This document shows, piece by piece, positions 1 through 11,244 of a stretch of 64,000 bases of DNA. How positions within the stretch are numbered: position 1 is the first letter of the stretch; every line of letters begins with the position of its first letter. The stretch comes from a phage, in the sequence record PZ386959.1; one strand, written 5' to 3'. The notes below the pieces were generated by a model. The model saw only the letters and a list, made by a program, of their open reading frames with translations. It was not told the DNA's origin and did no database searches. The position numbers and the translations under genes are program-made.

Positions 1-770
1 GTAGGTGCATGGAACTCTTCATTGTTCATCAGTTCATAAACCTGCTTCATATGGTTCTGGTAAATCTGAGTATCCCCAAAGACACCTATCAAGTATCGTG
101 GAGTGTATCCAGTCATCTTACAAAGAACTTCCAGAATAAAACCATAAGACGCAATATTAAATGGAAGCCCTAAAAAGGTGTCTACAGAACGCTGATACCA
201 TTGCAAGTCAACTTCACCTTCGTTGGTGATATAAATCTGAAACAGAACATGACAAGGTGCTAAAGCCATTGAGTTTGCTGCAATATCTGCTGCATTCCAA
301 GCATTAACAAGCATGTAACGGTCTGTGATATCACCTTTCATCTTCGTTACTAAGGTTTCTAACTGGTCTACAACACAACCATTATGACCTTCAAAGTTTC
401 TCCACTGAACCCCGTAGATTCTCCCACCTGCATCTTCTAACCAGTCTTGCTCAGAAGAATAGTTAGAGCTTAACCAACGTTTAAAATCATCTGACCAGAT
501 AGTCCAACGTTCTCCATCATTTTCACCCCAAGTGCGATAACGGAGTTCACCAAGTTTATTCTCACCGTTCAGGAACCATAAAGCTTCCCCAATAACTTGC
601 CGTGTAAACACCTGTTTAGATGTCAATAGTGGAAAACCAGTCCTCATATCAAAACGAAACTGAGGTGGAGCGAATGCAGAGATAACATCTCCAGTTCGTG
701 TAGTACGCAGTTCACCGACTGATAAAACATGGTTCAGGATATTTTTATAACTTGAATCTGCTTGTGACAT
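1..770 (-). CDS. thyA: thymidylate synthase (3' end runs off window start)
   Basis: Reverse-strand translation from ATG at 768-770 gives ThyA hallmarks: ALAPCH active-site motif and YQRSVDTFLGLPFNIASY; not in ORF track because it is edge-truncated. Confidence 0.85.
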   Translation of the reverse strand, partial: MSQADSSYKNILNHVLSVGELRTTRTGDVISAFAPPQFRFDMRTGFPLLTSKQVFTRQVIGEALWFLNGENKLGELRYRTWGENDGERWTIWSDDFKRWLSSNYSSEQDWLEDAGGRIYGVQWRNFEGHNGCVVDQLETLVTKMKGDITDRYMLVNAWNAADIAANSMALAPCHVLFQIYITNEGEVDLQWYQRSVDTFLGLPFNIASYGFILEVLCKMTGYTPRYLIGVFGDTQIYQNHMKQVYELMNNEEFHAP

Positions 771-771
771 A

Positions 772-1317
772 TCAAAAGTGTCCTTTTACTTGTGGAACAT
801 AAATTTCAAAGGTTGCTTTACCATCCTCTGATGGTTTTGACTGTACCTTTGTAAATACACGGTTATCATACAGCTTCTCAAAGAAGTTTTCAAAAGGTAA
901 ATGCACAGTGGCCTCTTCAGTAACTTTATGGAAGACTGTATGGAACACCACACCAGCATACGGTAAAGCATTGACAAGGACACCTGCACCACCAATTACA
1001 AAGACATCTTCATCAATAGAGCTATCAAGATACTTCAAAAATGCTCCAAATGACTCTTTACTGGCTTTAGCATACATTACATCATCTTTGCCAAAGTCTA
1101 TACCTAAGTATGGTACAGAATTTGTTAAGATGAGGTTTGCACGTTCTGGTAAAGGTTTACTACCCAGAGTCTTAAAAGTCTCATTACCCATGACTACTAA
1201 GTTATTTTTAGTGAGTCTCTTAAACTCTTGCATGTCCTGTTTATGTCGAGGCCACGGCATACCAGTTGGAGTACCAAACTCTCCATTTTCACCGCTTGCA
1301 AAGATTAATTTAATCAT
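772..1317 (-). CDS. frd: dihydrofolate reductase
   Basis: 181 aa ORF; MIKLIFA..GMPW..VVMG..FVIGG pattern typical of DHFR; adjacent to thyA. Confidence 0.8.
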   Translation of the reverse strand: MIKLIFASGENGEFGTPTGMPWPRHKQDMQEFKRLTKNNLVVMGNETFKTLGSKPLPERANLILTNSVPYLGIDFGKDDVMYAKASKESFGAFLKYLDSSIDEDVFVIGGAGVLVNALPYAGVVFHTVFHKVTEEATVHLPFENFFEKLYDNRVFTKVQSKPSEDGKATFEIYVPQVKGHF

Positions 1318-1574
1318 TTTGTAAATCCTCTCTTAATGAACCAGTTTATAACATTCTTCACAGCTTTATTACTATGGTAGATTAAGTGTGGTGTAGGTTG
1401 GTATGAACCATAAGCCCAGAATGATAGATGCTCACCGCAACCAACACATGTAGTACTCTCTTCAGCTATGTTCCCATTAACAATCACATGAACTTCACCT
1501 TGTAAGTCTGTACACCCACAATGTGGACAGCGGATAGGTGCTCCGTCAGGCTCATAGCAGTGTTCAATTTTCAT
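1314..1574 (-). CDS. small Cys-rich (zinc-ribbon-like) protein
   Basis: 86 aa ORF with CPHCGC and CVGCGEH pairs; start overlaps downstream gene by 4 nt. Confidence 0.4.
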   Translation of the reverse strand: MKIEHCYEPDGAPIRCPHCGCTDLQGEVHVIVNGNIAEESTTCVGCGEHLSFWAYGSYQPTPHLIYHSNKAVKNVINWFIKRGFTK

Positions 1575-2090
1575 CTATTTAACCTCAAAAACTGGCTCAA
1601 GAACTAATATAAAGTCTACACAGTCGTCTTCTTCATCCAGAATACCATCAAAATTCTTAGGAACGAAGTCGAAGAGGCTCATTGAGTAGCGGTCAGAAGT
1701 AACCCTGATAGCCCCTCCGATGTTCTCTACAGTTAATATTGTACGACTTTCTTTTACCTCATTCAGAAGATTACTCACAAAATCATCTAGGAAATACTTC
1801 ATCAGTGACTTGAAACCTTTAGGGTAATCTGTACCAGAGTATGTTTCAATCTGCGGTACAAGCTTAACATTTATACTAGTCTTTGTTAAGAACGTTTTAG
1901 AGAACATACTATCAGGTAACTTACAAACAGTCTTTCCAGTACCTTCATGCTCAATCTCAACAAAACCAGCTTCATCGCCACATGTAACTATTTTAAAAGA
2001 TGCTTCATTCTCATACTGTGAAGCCATAAACTTTTTAAGCATCTCTTTAAGGAAATCTGCATGAGCATCTTGTAAGTAGATATCAATCAT
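1575..2090 (-). CDS. hypothetical protein
   Basis: 171 aa ORF tightly packed in minus-strand operon. Confidence 0.45.
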   Translation of the reverse strand: MIDIYLQDAHADFLKEMLKKFMASQYENEASFKIVTCGDEAGFVEIEHEGTGKTVCKLPDSMFSKTFLTKTSINVKLVPQIETYSGTDYPKGFKSLMKYFLDDFVSNLLNEVKESRTILTVENIGGAIRVTSDRYSMSLFDFVPKNFDGILDEEDDCVDFILVLEPVFEVK

Positions 2091-2103
2091 AGTTAATCAC
2101 CTA

Positions 2104-2463
2104 TTATGGGAACAGACACTTAATGTCATCGTTTTTAAAAACAAAACTTGTGTAGTTGTGACCATCAACATCCAGCCAGACAGCCTGAACATCCACACCA
2201 TCAAGATTGTGGTAAAGCTCTTTGATGAAGTGGTCTTTCACAATCTGACTGCTGGTTGTTTCTAGCTTAATGTTCGAGATTGCTGAACCTACAGCCATAT
2301 AGCCCATGACCCGTTTCTTCTCAGTATGCTTAATCTTACCATCTTTGTAAGCCATAATGAGATTGGAAAGAATTTTTACACCATAATACTTTTCAAGGTG
2401 AGTAGGTACACCATAAAAGCCTAATGCGAAGTTTTCAGAGTGGATAATGTTTTCACGTTTCAT
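2104..2463 (-). CDS. hypothetical protein
   Basis: 119 aa ORF in same operon. Confidence 0.45.
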   Translation of the reverse strand: MKRENIIHSENFALGFYGVPTHLEKYYGVKILSNLIMAYKDGKIKHTEKKRVMGYMAVGSAISNIKLETTSSQIVKDHFIKELYHNLDGVDVQAVWLDVDGHNYTSFVFKNDDIKCLFP

Positions 2464-2464
2464 A

Positions 2465-2794
2465 TTAATCTGCCAACCTTAAATTGAAATTAACACCAAA
2501 TTTTTCACATACTCCCAACATATACTCAAGGGAGACATTACCAGTGAGATGGATTATGTTGGATACACGAGCCTGAGAGATACCACAAATTTTAGCAACT
2601 TGCTCTTGAGAAAGACCTCTGGATTTAATCTCTCTCTTAAAACGATGTGCAACGAAGTCTCTCATTTCGTCTACATCCATTGGACAAATATAACTCTCCA
2701 TTTCAGCCTCTCTATCAGCCTCCCAATCATCTTGTGGGGCATAAGGGTCAAAAACCTCATTCATCTTTCTTCTTCCGTTTGCGTGAAGTGTCAA
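2465..2794 (-). CDS. helix-turn-helix DNA-binding protein
   Basis: 109 aa; LSQEQVAKICGISQARVSNI resembles an HTH recognition segment. Confidence 0.45.
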   Translation of the reverse strand: MTLHANGRRKMNEVFDPYAPQDDWEADREAEMESYICPMDVDEMRDFVAHRFKREIKSRGLSQEQVAKICGISQARVSNIIHLTGNVSLEYMLGVCEKFGVNFNLRLAD

Positions 2795-2969
2795 TCAATG
2801 AATCTATGTTTGTAGCCCTAACCTTTTCACGTTCATCATTAAGATAATCATCAAGAGCCTTTTCAATCTGTGAATCATCTTGACAGATGACTGTAAAGAC
2901 TGTAAAGCCGTCTGTATCGTCAATTATCTTACCATAACCGCTTCTGGGATGTAACTTTTTAAGAGCCAT
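2757..2969 (-). CDS. hypothetical protein
   Basis: 70 aa ORF overlapping neighbour; weak. Confidence 0.3.
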   Translation of the reverse strand: MALKKLHPRSGYGKIIDDTDGFTVFTVICQDDSQIEKALDDYLNDEREKVRATNIDSLIDTSRKRKKKDE

Positions 2970-2970
2970 A

Positions 2971-3354
2971 TCAAATACCTGTGCAGCTTCTGTTTTCTAA
3001 GAAATACTCCACACCATACATAGCTTTTTGCATCAAATCTTCTTTAAACTGGATACGATGATTGAGCATAGCCTGTACATCAATATCATCAGGGTGCTTC
3101 TCTTTAATATTTGCAGATTGCAGGAAATACTCTGCAAGAACACGATACTGATAGTCAGTTACCTTATCAGTCATCTCTGTTAAAGACTCTTCAGAGATTG
3201 GTTTAAGTAGTTCACCTTTAGATAGGGCAACACCTTTAACAATCTGGCAAGTGTCTTCTGGAACACCTGATAAGTCCACATTTGGAAGTTCTGTTGCATT
3301 GACTGGTAAATTCATTGCCATAACCATTGCAGCAGCTAATAAAATCTTTTTCAT
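2971..3354 (-). CDS. secreted or periplasmic protein with signal peptide
   Basis: 127 aa; N-terminus MKKILLAAAMVMAMNLPVNA is signal-peptide-like; SD upstream. Confidence 0.5.
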   Translation of the reverse strand: MKKILLAAAMVMAMNLPVNATELPNVDLSGVPEDTCQIVKGVALSKGELLKPISEESLTEMTDKVTDYQYRVLAEYFLQSANIKEKHPDDIDVQAMLNHRIQFKEDLMQKAMYGVEYFLENRSCTGI

Positions 3355-3868
3355 AATGACCTCAAAGTTATATTAAATTTTGTATTACATTGAGTATAAA
3401 AATAAGCTATAACACCTGACTTGTCAACAGATTTTATAGCTTATTTGGCAGATTTTTTATAAGGCTACTGCCATCCTTCCATACCACACCTCACCCAACC
3501 ATACCATGCCTTACCAGACCGCACCTTGCCTTATTAAAAGACCCTGTTTAAAGACCTTTTAAAAAGGTGAGTCTCATTTTAATGTAGCTGAGACTAACTA
3601 CCCATACATTACCTCGCCTAACCGCACCCGAATCAACCGGACTAGACCAAGCCCCACTGCACATCACCGAACCAAGCATCACTTAAAAATCCTCTTAGAA
3701 GACTCTTAAGTGATGTAATCGAATTTTTATGTAGCTCCGATTAACTACCCGCACTTTACCAAACCTCACCCTACCCTACCAGACCTTACCTAACCGCGCC
3801 GTACCTCATTAAAAGACCCTCTTAAAGACCTTTTAAAAAGGAGCCTCCGAAGAGGCTACCTAGTCAAC
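3355..3868. repeat. ORF-free region with G-poor CA-rich tracts and repeated hairpin/AAAAGACCCT..TTTAAAAAGG modules
   Basis: Three related modules around 3530-3610, 3680-3760 and 3800-3868 with palindromes AGTCTCA..TGAGACT, AATCGGA..TCCGATT and CATCACTTAA..TTAAGTGATG; a near copy occurs at 5040-5230. Confidence 0.6.
3836..3868 (-). terminator. intrinsic terminator-like hairpin
   Basis: Palindrome GAGCCTCCGAAGAGGCTAC; on minus strand read as GTAGCCTCTTCGGAGGCTCC followed by TTTTT, immediately 3' of gene 3869..4309. Confidence 0.55.
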
Positions 3869-4309
3869 TTAGAAAGGTTTTCTACGTTGCTTGTTAATGT
3901 TAGCTTTCATAGCAGCTAAATGGTTTTGCTGTTCAATTAGTCGTGAACGTTCTTGATGACTAAGTGCCATAGTGTTCACATTCTCAATCGCTTGAGTGGC
4001 TTGCTTTAAAGCACGACCAATCTTACCAGACATTTTACGTTTTGCAATAGTTGCTTGATGCTTAGGTTCAACCACACGATAACCAACACCCATTGAAGCA
4101 ACCAGATAAATCTTCTCTTCTTTAAGAAGCTTCTCAATAAACTTCTCAAGTCGGTTTAGACGTGTAAGCGCATAAGCCTTCATTTCATCTTCGTACTTAA
4201 CAATGTCACCTTGATAAGTTGGTTTCACAATACCTAAGAAGGTATCCATCTCAGAATGTGATACAGTGTCACCGTAACTAAACTTTGCTGCTAATGCTTT
4301 TGTATTCAT
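3869..4309 (-). CDS. hypothetical protein
   Basis: 146 aa ORF. Confidence 0.45.
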   Translation of the reverse strand: MNTKALAAKFSYGDTVSHSEMDTFLGIVKPTYQGDIVKYEDEMKAYALTRLNRLEKFIEKLLKEEKIYLVASMGVGYRVVEPKHQATIAKRKMSGKIGRALKQATQAIENVNTMALSHQERSRLIEQQNHLAAMKANINKQRRKPF

Positions 4310-4311
4310 AA

Positions 4312-5444
<1,133 letters not shown>

Positions 5445-6581
5445 TTATTCATAATCCCTAATAACTAGCCCTACAGGGAACTGTAAAGACCCCTTACGAG
5501 TCATCTTCTGGAACTGAACCGTTAAAGGTTTCCCGATAAACTCTTCAGGATGTTCAGCAAGATACTGTTTCTTCTCGTGTGTAGTTTTCCATGAAACATC
5601 TACAAAGACGTTAGGAAGAGTCTCTACAACGAACTTACCATGACCACGCTTATCGGTCTTTACACCAGTCACTTTAAACTCTTCAGTGTGCATCTTCTTG
5701 TGCTTAATCAAGAAGTATGAACGGTGACAACACTCATAGAAGGAGTCTTCAGAGATTGAACGGTACATTGCACCTTCAAACTTAGCTTCAACCCACTTAT
5801 CATGAGCTTCATCAAACTCTTCCCAAGAATTTACACGGATAGTCTGTACAGGAACCACTCTACAGGTATCCCCAAGCTCAACAATAGGTGAGTTATCAAT
5901 AACTTCACGACGCTCAGGCCAAGATTTTGAATTGTCACAGATATCATACCAGTAGAATCTAAGAAGGTGACGGTCTGGATTGTCAGCATTCTTAATCATA
6001 GATACAATATCTTCTAAGTCCCAACCATGAGCATAAATCTCTCCGTCAAAGTCTTCAACTTGCGGATGTAATTTAAGCAACAAAAGCAAATCTGGGATTA
6101 GTTCTGTTGGAACGTTGTAAACAGTATTCTCACGAGAATAAGCTGTGAAACTGACTGAATCAGCATCTCTTGAAATTCTACAACGGACACCATCAAGTTT
6201 TGGTTGAGCATCAGCAGGGAACTTCAGATACTTTGCATGACTAACCTTTGCAGCATCATGAGCAAGCTGTACACCTACCTTCTCAGTATTCTGTGCAGAT
6301 TCTTTTGTGTAAGCATAACCTTTACGGTCAACTTGCTTTTTATACTTAGCAGCAACTTCAAAGAGAGCTTGCTGTTCAGCGTTACGCTCATTCTTTTTAC
6401 CGATGTTTTTAGGTTCTGCTGTATACTCTTCAAACATCATCTTGCCATTTTCTTTACCGTAGGTTGTAATAACTTTGTCACCTACAGCAACACATGACCA
6501 GACGTTGAAGGAACCGTCTTTATTTTGTTTGTACAGAATTGTCATTTTTAACCTCTGAGTGATACCAAGTGTCGCAAGCAT
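5445..6581 (-). CDS. ATP-dependent DNA ligase
   Basis: 378 aa; nucleotidyltransferase motifs in order: KLDGVR (motif I), DGEIY (III), EGAMYR (IV), LIKHKK (V). Confidence 0.65.
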   Translation of the reverse strand: MLATLGITQRLKMTILYKQNKDGSFNVWSCVAVGDKVITTYGKENGKMMFEEYTAEPKNIGKKNERNAEQQALFEVAAKYKKQVDRKGYAYTKESAQNTEKVGVQLAHDAAKVSHAKYLKFPADAQPKLDGVRCRISRDADSVSFTAYSRENTVYNVPTELIPDLLLLLKLHPQVEDFDGEIYAHGWDLEDIVSMIKNADNPDRHLLRFYWYDICDNSKSWPERREVIDNSPIVELGDTCRVVPVQTIRVNSWEEFDEAHDKWVEAKFEGAMYRSISEDSFYECCHRSYFLIKHKKMHTEEFKVTGVKTDKRGHGKFVVETLPNVFVDVSWKTTHEKKQYLAEHPEEFIGKPLTVQFQKMTRKGSLQFPVGLVIRDYE

Positions 6582-6738
6582 TACATGCGTAAAGCTCTAA
6601 GTCGTTTTTATCTGGTTTATGGAAACAGTTTGACCCACAACGACACCGGAATAACTTACCATCAACACGAAGAATGAATGTTTCAAGCTCACCATCTTCT
6701 GTAAGAACTGCGTTCTGAAATTTATTATCTTTACCCAT
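6520..6738 (-). CDS. small zinc-ribbon protein
   Basis: 72 aa with CRCGSNC and CNACD Cys pairs; overlaps ligase start, so true start may be internal. Confidence 0.35.
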   Translation of the reverse strand: MGKDNKFQNAVLTEDGELETFILRVDGKLFRCRCGSNCFHKPDKNDLELYACNACDTWYHSEVKNDNSVQTK

Positions 6739-6894
6739 TTGTACTCTCGCCTGTGTCAGATTTCATATAATACCTATCACTACGTCTTTTAATGAAATGT
6801 ACAACGCATTTTGGTGTATTTTTTGCATCTTTAATGTGCAACCTTTCGAAACTGTGTACTGTGAAGATTGCATCTGTCATTGTTTGCTTAGATT

Positions 6895-7200
6895 TCATTT
6901 TCTCTTACTGCCAATCTCTACGTCGATAACTTGAACATAACCAGCAACATCAAACTTATGAATGATGCTTTCCACAGTGTAAGTCCAACCATCAATGCGA
7001 ACCAACTCACCTTCTCGTGGGACGATGGGATTACGTTGAGCTAAGGTTGTAGTGGAGTGAACAACATCATAACAATAGATATAGTTTACTAGGACTTCCA
7101 TCGTGAAAACCTCACTCAATAACCGTAGTGTGTGATTGACCATTTTTGCCATAGCTATAAGATGTTGTTGTTTGGGAGTTTGGACATCTGACAACAACAA
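6895..7200 (-). CDS. hypothetical protein
   Basis: 101 aa ORF; overlaps 7112..7381 in another frame, so true start may be an internal Met near 7101. Confidence 0.3.
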   Translation of the reverse strand: MLLSDVQTPKQQHLIAMAKMVNHTLRLLSEVFTMEVLVNYIYCYDVVHSTTTLAQRNPIVPREGELVRIDGWTYTVESIIHKFDVAGYVQVIDVEIGSKRK

Positions 7201-7381
7201 TATCTCTGCTTATAGCATCACCATGTAACTTGTATACTCTGCAATCTTGCATCTCTGGTGGGAGACTGTAAGAAGCATTTTTATCTTCATAAGAAGGGTT
7301 GCAGCCAGATAGAAAAACAACACCAAGCGCAATTACTGCTTTCCACATAATACTCCCCCAGAGACTGTACATTTTCTTCAT
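7112..7381 (-). CDS. putative lipoprotein
   Basis: 89 aa; hydrophobic N-terminus ending LSGC (lipobox-like). Confidence 0.4.
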   Translation of the reverse strand: MKKMYSLWGSIMWKAVIALGVVFLSGCNPSYEDKNASYSLPPEMQDCRVYKLHGDAISRDIVVVRCPNSQTTTSYSYGKNGQSHTTVIE

Positions 7382-7611
7382 AGCAACTCCAGAATATCAA
7401 TACGTTCACCTTTGAGTACTCCAGTACGGTCTTTTGCAATCTTACCTTCAACAATAAGAATGTGTGCAGACCTTAAAGTGTCACTGTTAAAGGTTTTTAC
7501 GAACCTACTAGGCATGACTACAATGCACATCTCCTGAATCAGCTCTGGAGTATAGCAGTTATCATGAAGTTGCTGAATAACGTCTGCAAGTGTCATTTTT
7601 GATGTCTCCAA
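7378..7611 (-). CDS. hypothetical protein
   Basis: 77 aa ORF, 4-nt overlap coupling. Confidence 0.4.
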   Translation of the reverse strand: METSKMTLADVIQQLHDNCYTPELIQEMCIVVMPSRFVKTFNSDTLRSAHILIVEGKIAKDRTGVLKGERIDILELL

Positions 7612-7802
7612 TATTCAATGTCTATAAGCTCTTGTGCAATGCTTTTCAGATTACCTTTCAAGAAAACCTTCTCAGAACCTGAAAGAGATGAATTATCAAT
7701 TAGCCTGTTCATTCTCTCAAACAACTTCTGCTTACGATTCTTGATGGTTTCCTTTGAAGCACCTTTCATCATTGCTGCATGAGTTCTTCCACGGTGGCTC
7801 AT
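7593..7802 (-). CDS. hypothetical protein
   Basis: 69 aa ORF. Confidence 0.35.
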   Translation of the reverse strand: MSHRGRTHAAMMKGASKETIKNRKQKLFERMNRLIDNSSLSGSEKVFLKGNLKSIAQELIDIEYWRHQK

Positions 7803-7863
7803 AAGCCCTCCTATATAAGATACAGTATAAGGTACTCTTCCATGAGAACCTTGTCAATACTAA

Positions 7864-10563
7864 TCAGTGAACCTCAAGCCAACTCTTTCCAACCTTACCT
7901 GTACCAGTTACAAGTGTTTCTTTCTTAAGACCTAAGTTCTTAGAAGCTTGCCCGTAATACCAATCAGTAACTGCTTTTACTTCTGCCGTCATACTCTCTG
8001 GACATTCCCAGCTAGTCTCATCGTGATATGCGCACAATAAGCGAGCACCTATAGCTGGTTTACGCCCATTTAGCTTCATCAACCCTTCGTCAATCATGCG
8101 ACGACAAGCAAGGTTAATTGCCTCATTTTGAATCTGGGCCTCTGAACCCATCAAAAGGTAGTTCAACAGTTTGTGTGGAGATTTACACCACAACCAAGCT
8201 CCAGCAACCTTTACAAAACCCCCTTTAGAGATTGCAGCAGTCTTACCAAACACCTCTTCAAGTGCCTTTTTAGTTGCTTTGTAGTCAGCTTCCAAGTCAT
8301 CTAGTAGCTTCTTAATTTTAGGCAAACGAATAAAGTAAGTTTGTTTAGTCAGTGCACCTTCCTGAGTAGTTGCAGCTTTAATCGTCTTAGCAAACTTCTC
8401 ATCCCCTGCACCGAACAGCAGTGCATAGATACCATTCTTAGCTTTCTTACGGCCTTTGCTAATCTCATGAAGAAGGTTCTCATCCTGAGTAGCTCGACAA
8501 GTCAAGATGTCCTGCTCATCATTCAAGCTAAAGTAAATACTGTTCAGTGTATGTGCATCAGTCCCTGAATAGACAACGTACAGGTCATTCTCAGAGTCAT
8601 AGCGAAGGTACTTATCAATCTCTGGGTTGAGGTACTCATCAAAATGTTTGCAGTAATAGCGTCCATCTTCTTGACGAATAAACTCAATCTCTTCTTTACC
8701 TTGCGTTACCGCTTTGGTGAACTCTTTATCACCCATAAAGTTACAAAGAAGAACTAGCTGGGCTGAGTTCATATCTACAGAGACAACGTTAGTACCTTCC
8801 TCACAAATCCACACTGCCCTCATTGGTTCCCCATAGACAGCAGCACCAGACGGTACGTTTACAATACCATATTGTGTCATACGTCCAGTTGAAGTACCAA
8901 ACACCATTGCGCCAGCACTAAGGCGACCATCAGGACGAATCTGGTTCAACCAACCTTTTTCATCATCCTTTGAGTTCTCAATAGTTCTGCGTCTGTGCAT
9001 CAAAGTATAGTACTTAGCAATCTTCTGTCCAAGCTCACCTTCAATCGTATCATAAGATGATTCCGTAAGTTTTGGTGAAGTACGGATTAAGCAAGGTTCA
9101 AGCAAATCTGTGTACTTCTTCACAGACCAGTTATGCTCGATGTACTGGACGCCTTCATGCTCGACATAACTCAATCCACACCGTTCTACCATCTCCTGCC
9201 ACTTAGGATGTTTTGTAATCATCTTTTTATTGTCTTTGAAACGACAAACTTTGACAGGGCGACCGTCTGAGTCTTTCTTGTAGTTCCAGTCATCTGGAAT
9301 CCAACCAACTGATTTCAAGTAGTCTTTTACAACTGCTACCTGAGTCATACGAGAAACTTCAAACTCAATTGGTGTATATGGTGCATCAATCAATCCTGTG
9401 TAGCGACTTGACTCAAGTTCAAAGTGGTTAACAACGTGGCTGTTATAGTACTTCACAGTTTTGACTGTTTTTACTGGCTTCCAGTCTTTGCATTTCTTAC
9501 CAATCTTTGCATTCAACTCATTGCAAATTGCACGAGCATCCTTCATTGCTACAAAGCCTTCCTTGTACTCTTCACCAGTTACAGAGTTGGTTGGTGTATA
9601 GCAATTTCTCTTTTCAATGTTAAAAATCTTTGTAGTTGGCTTACCAAATGGTTTGATTTCATAAGTCTGCATCTCACCATTACGCACCTGCTGACGATAC
9701 TTCGTCTTAGGGTACTTGGTAATTCTTTTCAGTCCATCTGCATGACCAAATGCTTCAACATACTCATTCCAAGCTTTTGCAAACTCTTCTCCAGTGACTT
9801 TACCTTTGGTCTTAATAGTTGGAGGTAGATGTGGTTCAACCTCTGAAGCAAGCTCATTAGTCAACTTGTCAAGTTCCTTTACATGGAACTCCATAAGCTC
9901 TTTATCAGCTTTCCAACCATTGATAGCTTGTTGACTCATCCAGAAAGATGTTTCTTTAGCTCGCATATAGGTTTCATAAGTGTCTATACCACACTTCTTA
10001 AGCTTCAGGTATTCATTATCCAGTGCACGTTTAGTTTTGGCGTTAATACGGATATCTTCTACAACACGAGTGAAGATTTCTGCATTCCACACACCCCAAT
10101 GTTCAATCTCTGGTTTACGGACACCAACACGAGCACCCCATGCAGCCAAGCCATGAGCACCTTTATAGCCTTTTGGAGTTGGTCTATCCATCCACTGAAC
10201 ACGAGACTGGATAAGAGAATCCTGAAAGAAATTACTCCACGGTTTACACTTTGGATTATCAAAGTTCCACAAATCAGGTGCAATGTGATTGAAAACCCAC
10301 CAGTCATATCCTAGACCATTGTGGATGCAAAGTCGTTTTGCCTTTAACGCAAACTCAATACCTTCACGTAAGCCGCCCTTAATGTACTTGGTATACTTGT
10401 GACCGAGGATAGGCTCATCTGTAAAGACCCATACAGGTGGCTCTTCATCGTCAGATTTATAGTCTGCGAAAGCCATTACGTGCACTTTAGTGAACTCAAG
10501 GAGTAAACCATCAGTTTCTGTATCACCAACTAAATGTAAGTTTTTAAAATCTACGTTTTCCAT
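7864..10563 (-). CDS. DNA polymerase, family A with 3'-5' exonuclease
   Basis: About 900 aa; DTETDG exo motif near N-terminus, KAKNGIYALLFGAG (motif-B-like), YHDE (motif C); start placed at second Met (MENVDF) which has GAGGGAG SD upstream. Confidence 0.8.
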   Translation of the reverse strand: MENVDFKNLHLVGDTETDGLLLEFTKVHVMAFADYKSDDEEPPVWVFTDEPILGHKYTKYIKGGLREGIEFALKAKRLCIHNGLGYDWWVFNHIAPDLWNFDNPKCKPWSNFFQDSLIQSRVQWMDRPTPKGYKGAHGLAAWGARVGVRKPEIEHWGVWNAEIFTRVVEDIRINAKTKRALDNEYLKLKKCGIDTYETYMRAKETSFWMSQQAINGWKADKELMEFHVKELDKLTNELASEVEPHLPPTIKTKGKVTGEEFAKAWNEYVEAFGHADGLKRITKYPKTKYRQQVRNGEMQTYEIKPFGKPTTKIFNIEKRNCYTPTNSVTGEEYKEGFVAMKDARAICNELNAKIGKKCKDWKPVKTVKTVKYYNSHVVNHFELESSRYTGLIDAPYTPIEFEVSRMTQVAVVKDYLKSVGWIPDDWNYKKDSDGRPVKVCRFKDNKKMITKHPKWQEMVERCGLSYVEHEGVQYIEHNWSVKKYTDLLEPCLIRTSPKLTESSYDTIEGELGQKIAKYYTLMHRRRTIENSKDDEKGWLNQIRPDGRLSAGAMVFGTSTGRMTQYGIVNVPSGAAVYGEPMRAVWICEEGTNVVSVDMNSAQLVLLCNFMGDKEFTKAVTQGKEEIEFIRQEDGRYYCKHFDEYLNPEIDKYLRYDSENDLYVVYSGTDAHTLNSIYFSLNDEQDILTCRATQDENLLHEISKGRKKAKNGIYALLFGAGDEKFAKTIKAATTQEGALTKQTYFIRLPKIKKLLDDLEADYKATKKALEEVFGKTAAISKGGFVKVAGAWLWCKSPHKLLNYLLMGSEAQIQNEAINLACRRMIDEGLMKLNGRKPAIGARLLCAYHDETSWECPESMTAEVKAVTDWYYGQASKNLGLKKETLVTGTGKVGKSWLEVH

Positions 10564-10615
10564 TTTTACTCCCTCTAAAATCATTAACCTCATACATTAC
10601 TGCAAAAAATTATAA

Positions 10616-10645
10616 AAAGCAAGTTGACAATGTACTTGACAAGGT
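10616..10645. promoter_or_regulatory. conserved 30-mer AAAAAGCAAGTTGACAATGTACTTGACAAGGTG at divergent junction
   Basis: Contains two TTGACA hexamers; near-identical copy at 56351-56383, also between divergent transcription units. Confidence 0.45.
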
Positions 10646-10820
10646 GTTAATCTTTGCGAAGTGGGTTTTTACTTAAAAGGTTACTTAACAGTTTAACTAT
10701 ACAGATACTTTAAAACTCTTAAAAGATTATTTAATAGCTTTTAAAAAGCTTTAAAGTATAACGTATAGAATACGTTAAGATAAAAGATTAAAACTTAATA
10801 GTTACTTAAAAGAGGCTTAC

Positions 10821-11243
10821 ATGCAGAAAATGTTTGTTCACCCAGACATAGCTGACTTTGTTAGAGCTTTGCAGAAGTTGGAAGAACTTGACATTGCTGC
10901 TCAACGGGAATATGCTCACCATCACAGGAGAATGGTTGATATACAACATGAGATAGAGTTATCCGAAGACTATGAAGATGACTTAAAATGTTCTGTATTT
11001 GAGCATATGAAAGATGTTGCTACAGCTAGACGTAAAGCTAAAGATACAGTTGCTTTACTAGATTCTCTTAAAAAGAGGTTGCAAAGTGGTACAGACCTGT
11101 GTAACCTAGCATCACTGATTAACGATGTTGAAACGTCTTGGGACAGGCATTACTATCCACGTTCTGAAAAGACACTTGACTTTTCTTCATCTGAAAACTT
11201 AAAATGTTCTAGAAAGAAACTTAACCAACTGAGAGAGAAATAA
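10821..11243 (+). CDS. hypothetical protein
   Basis: 140 aa ORF. Confidence 0.45.
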   Translation: MQKMFVHPDIADFVRALQKLEELDIAAQREYAHHHRRMVDIQHEIELSEDYEDDLKCSVFEHMKDVATARRKAKDTVALLDSLKKRLQSGTDLCNLASLINDVETSWDRHYYPRSEKTLDFSSSENLKCSRKKLNQLREK

Positions 11244-11244
11244 T

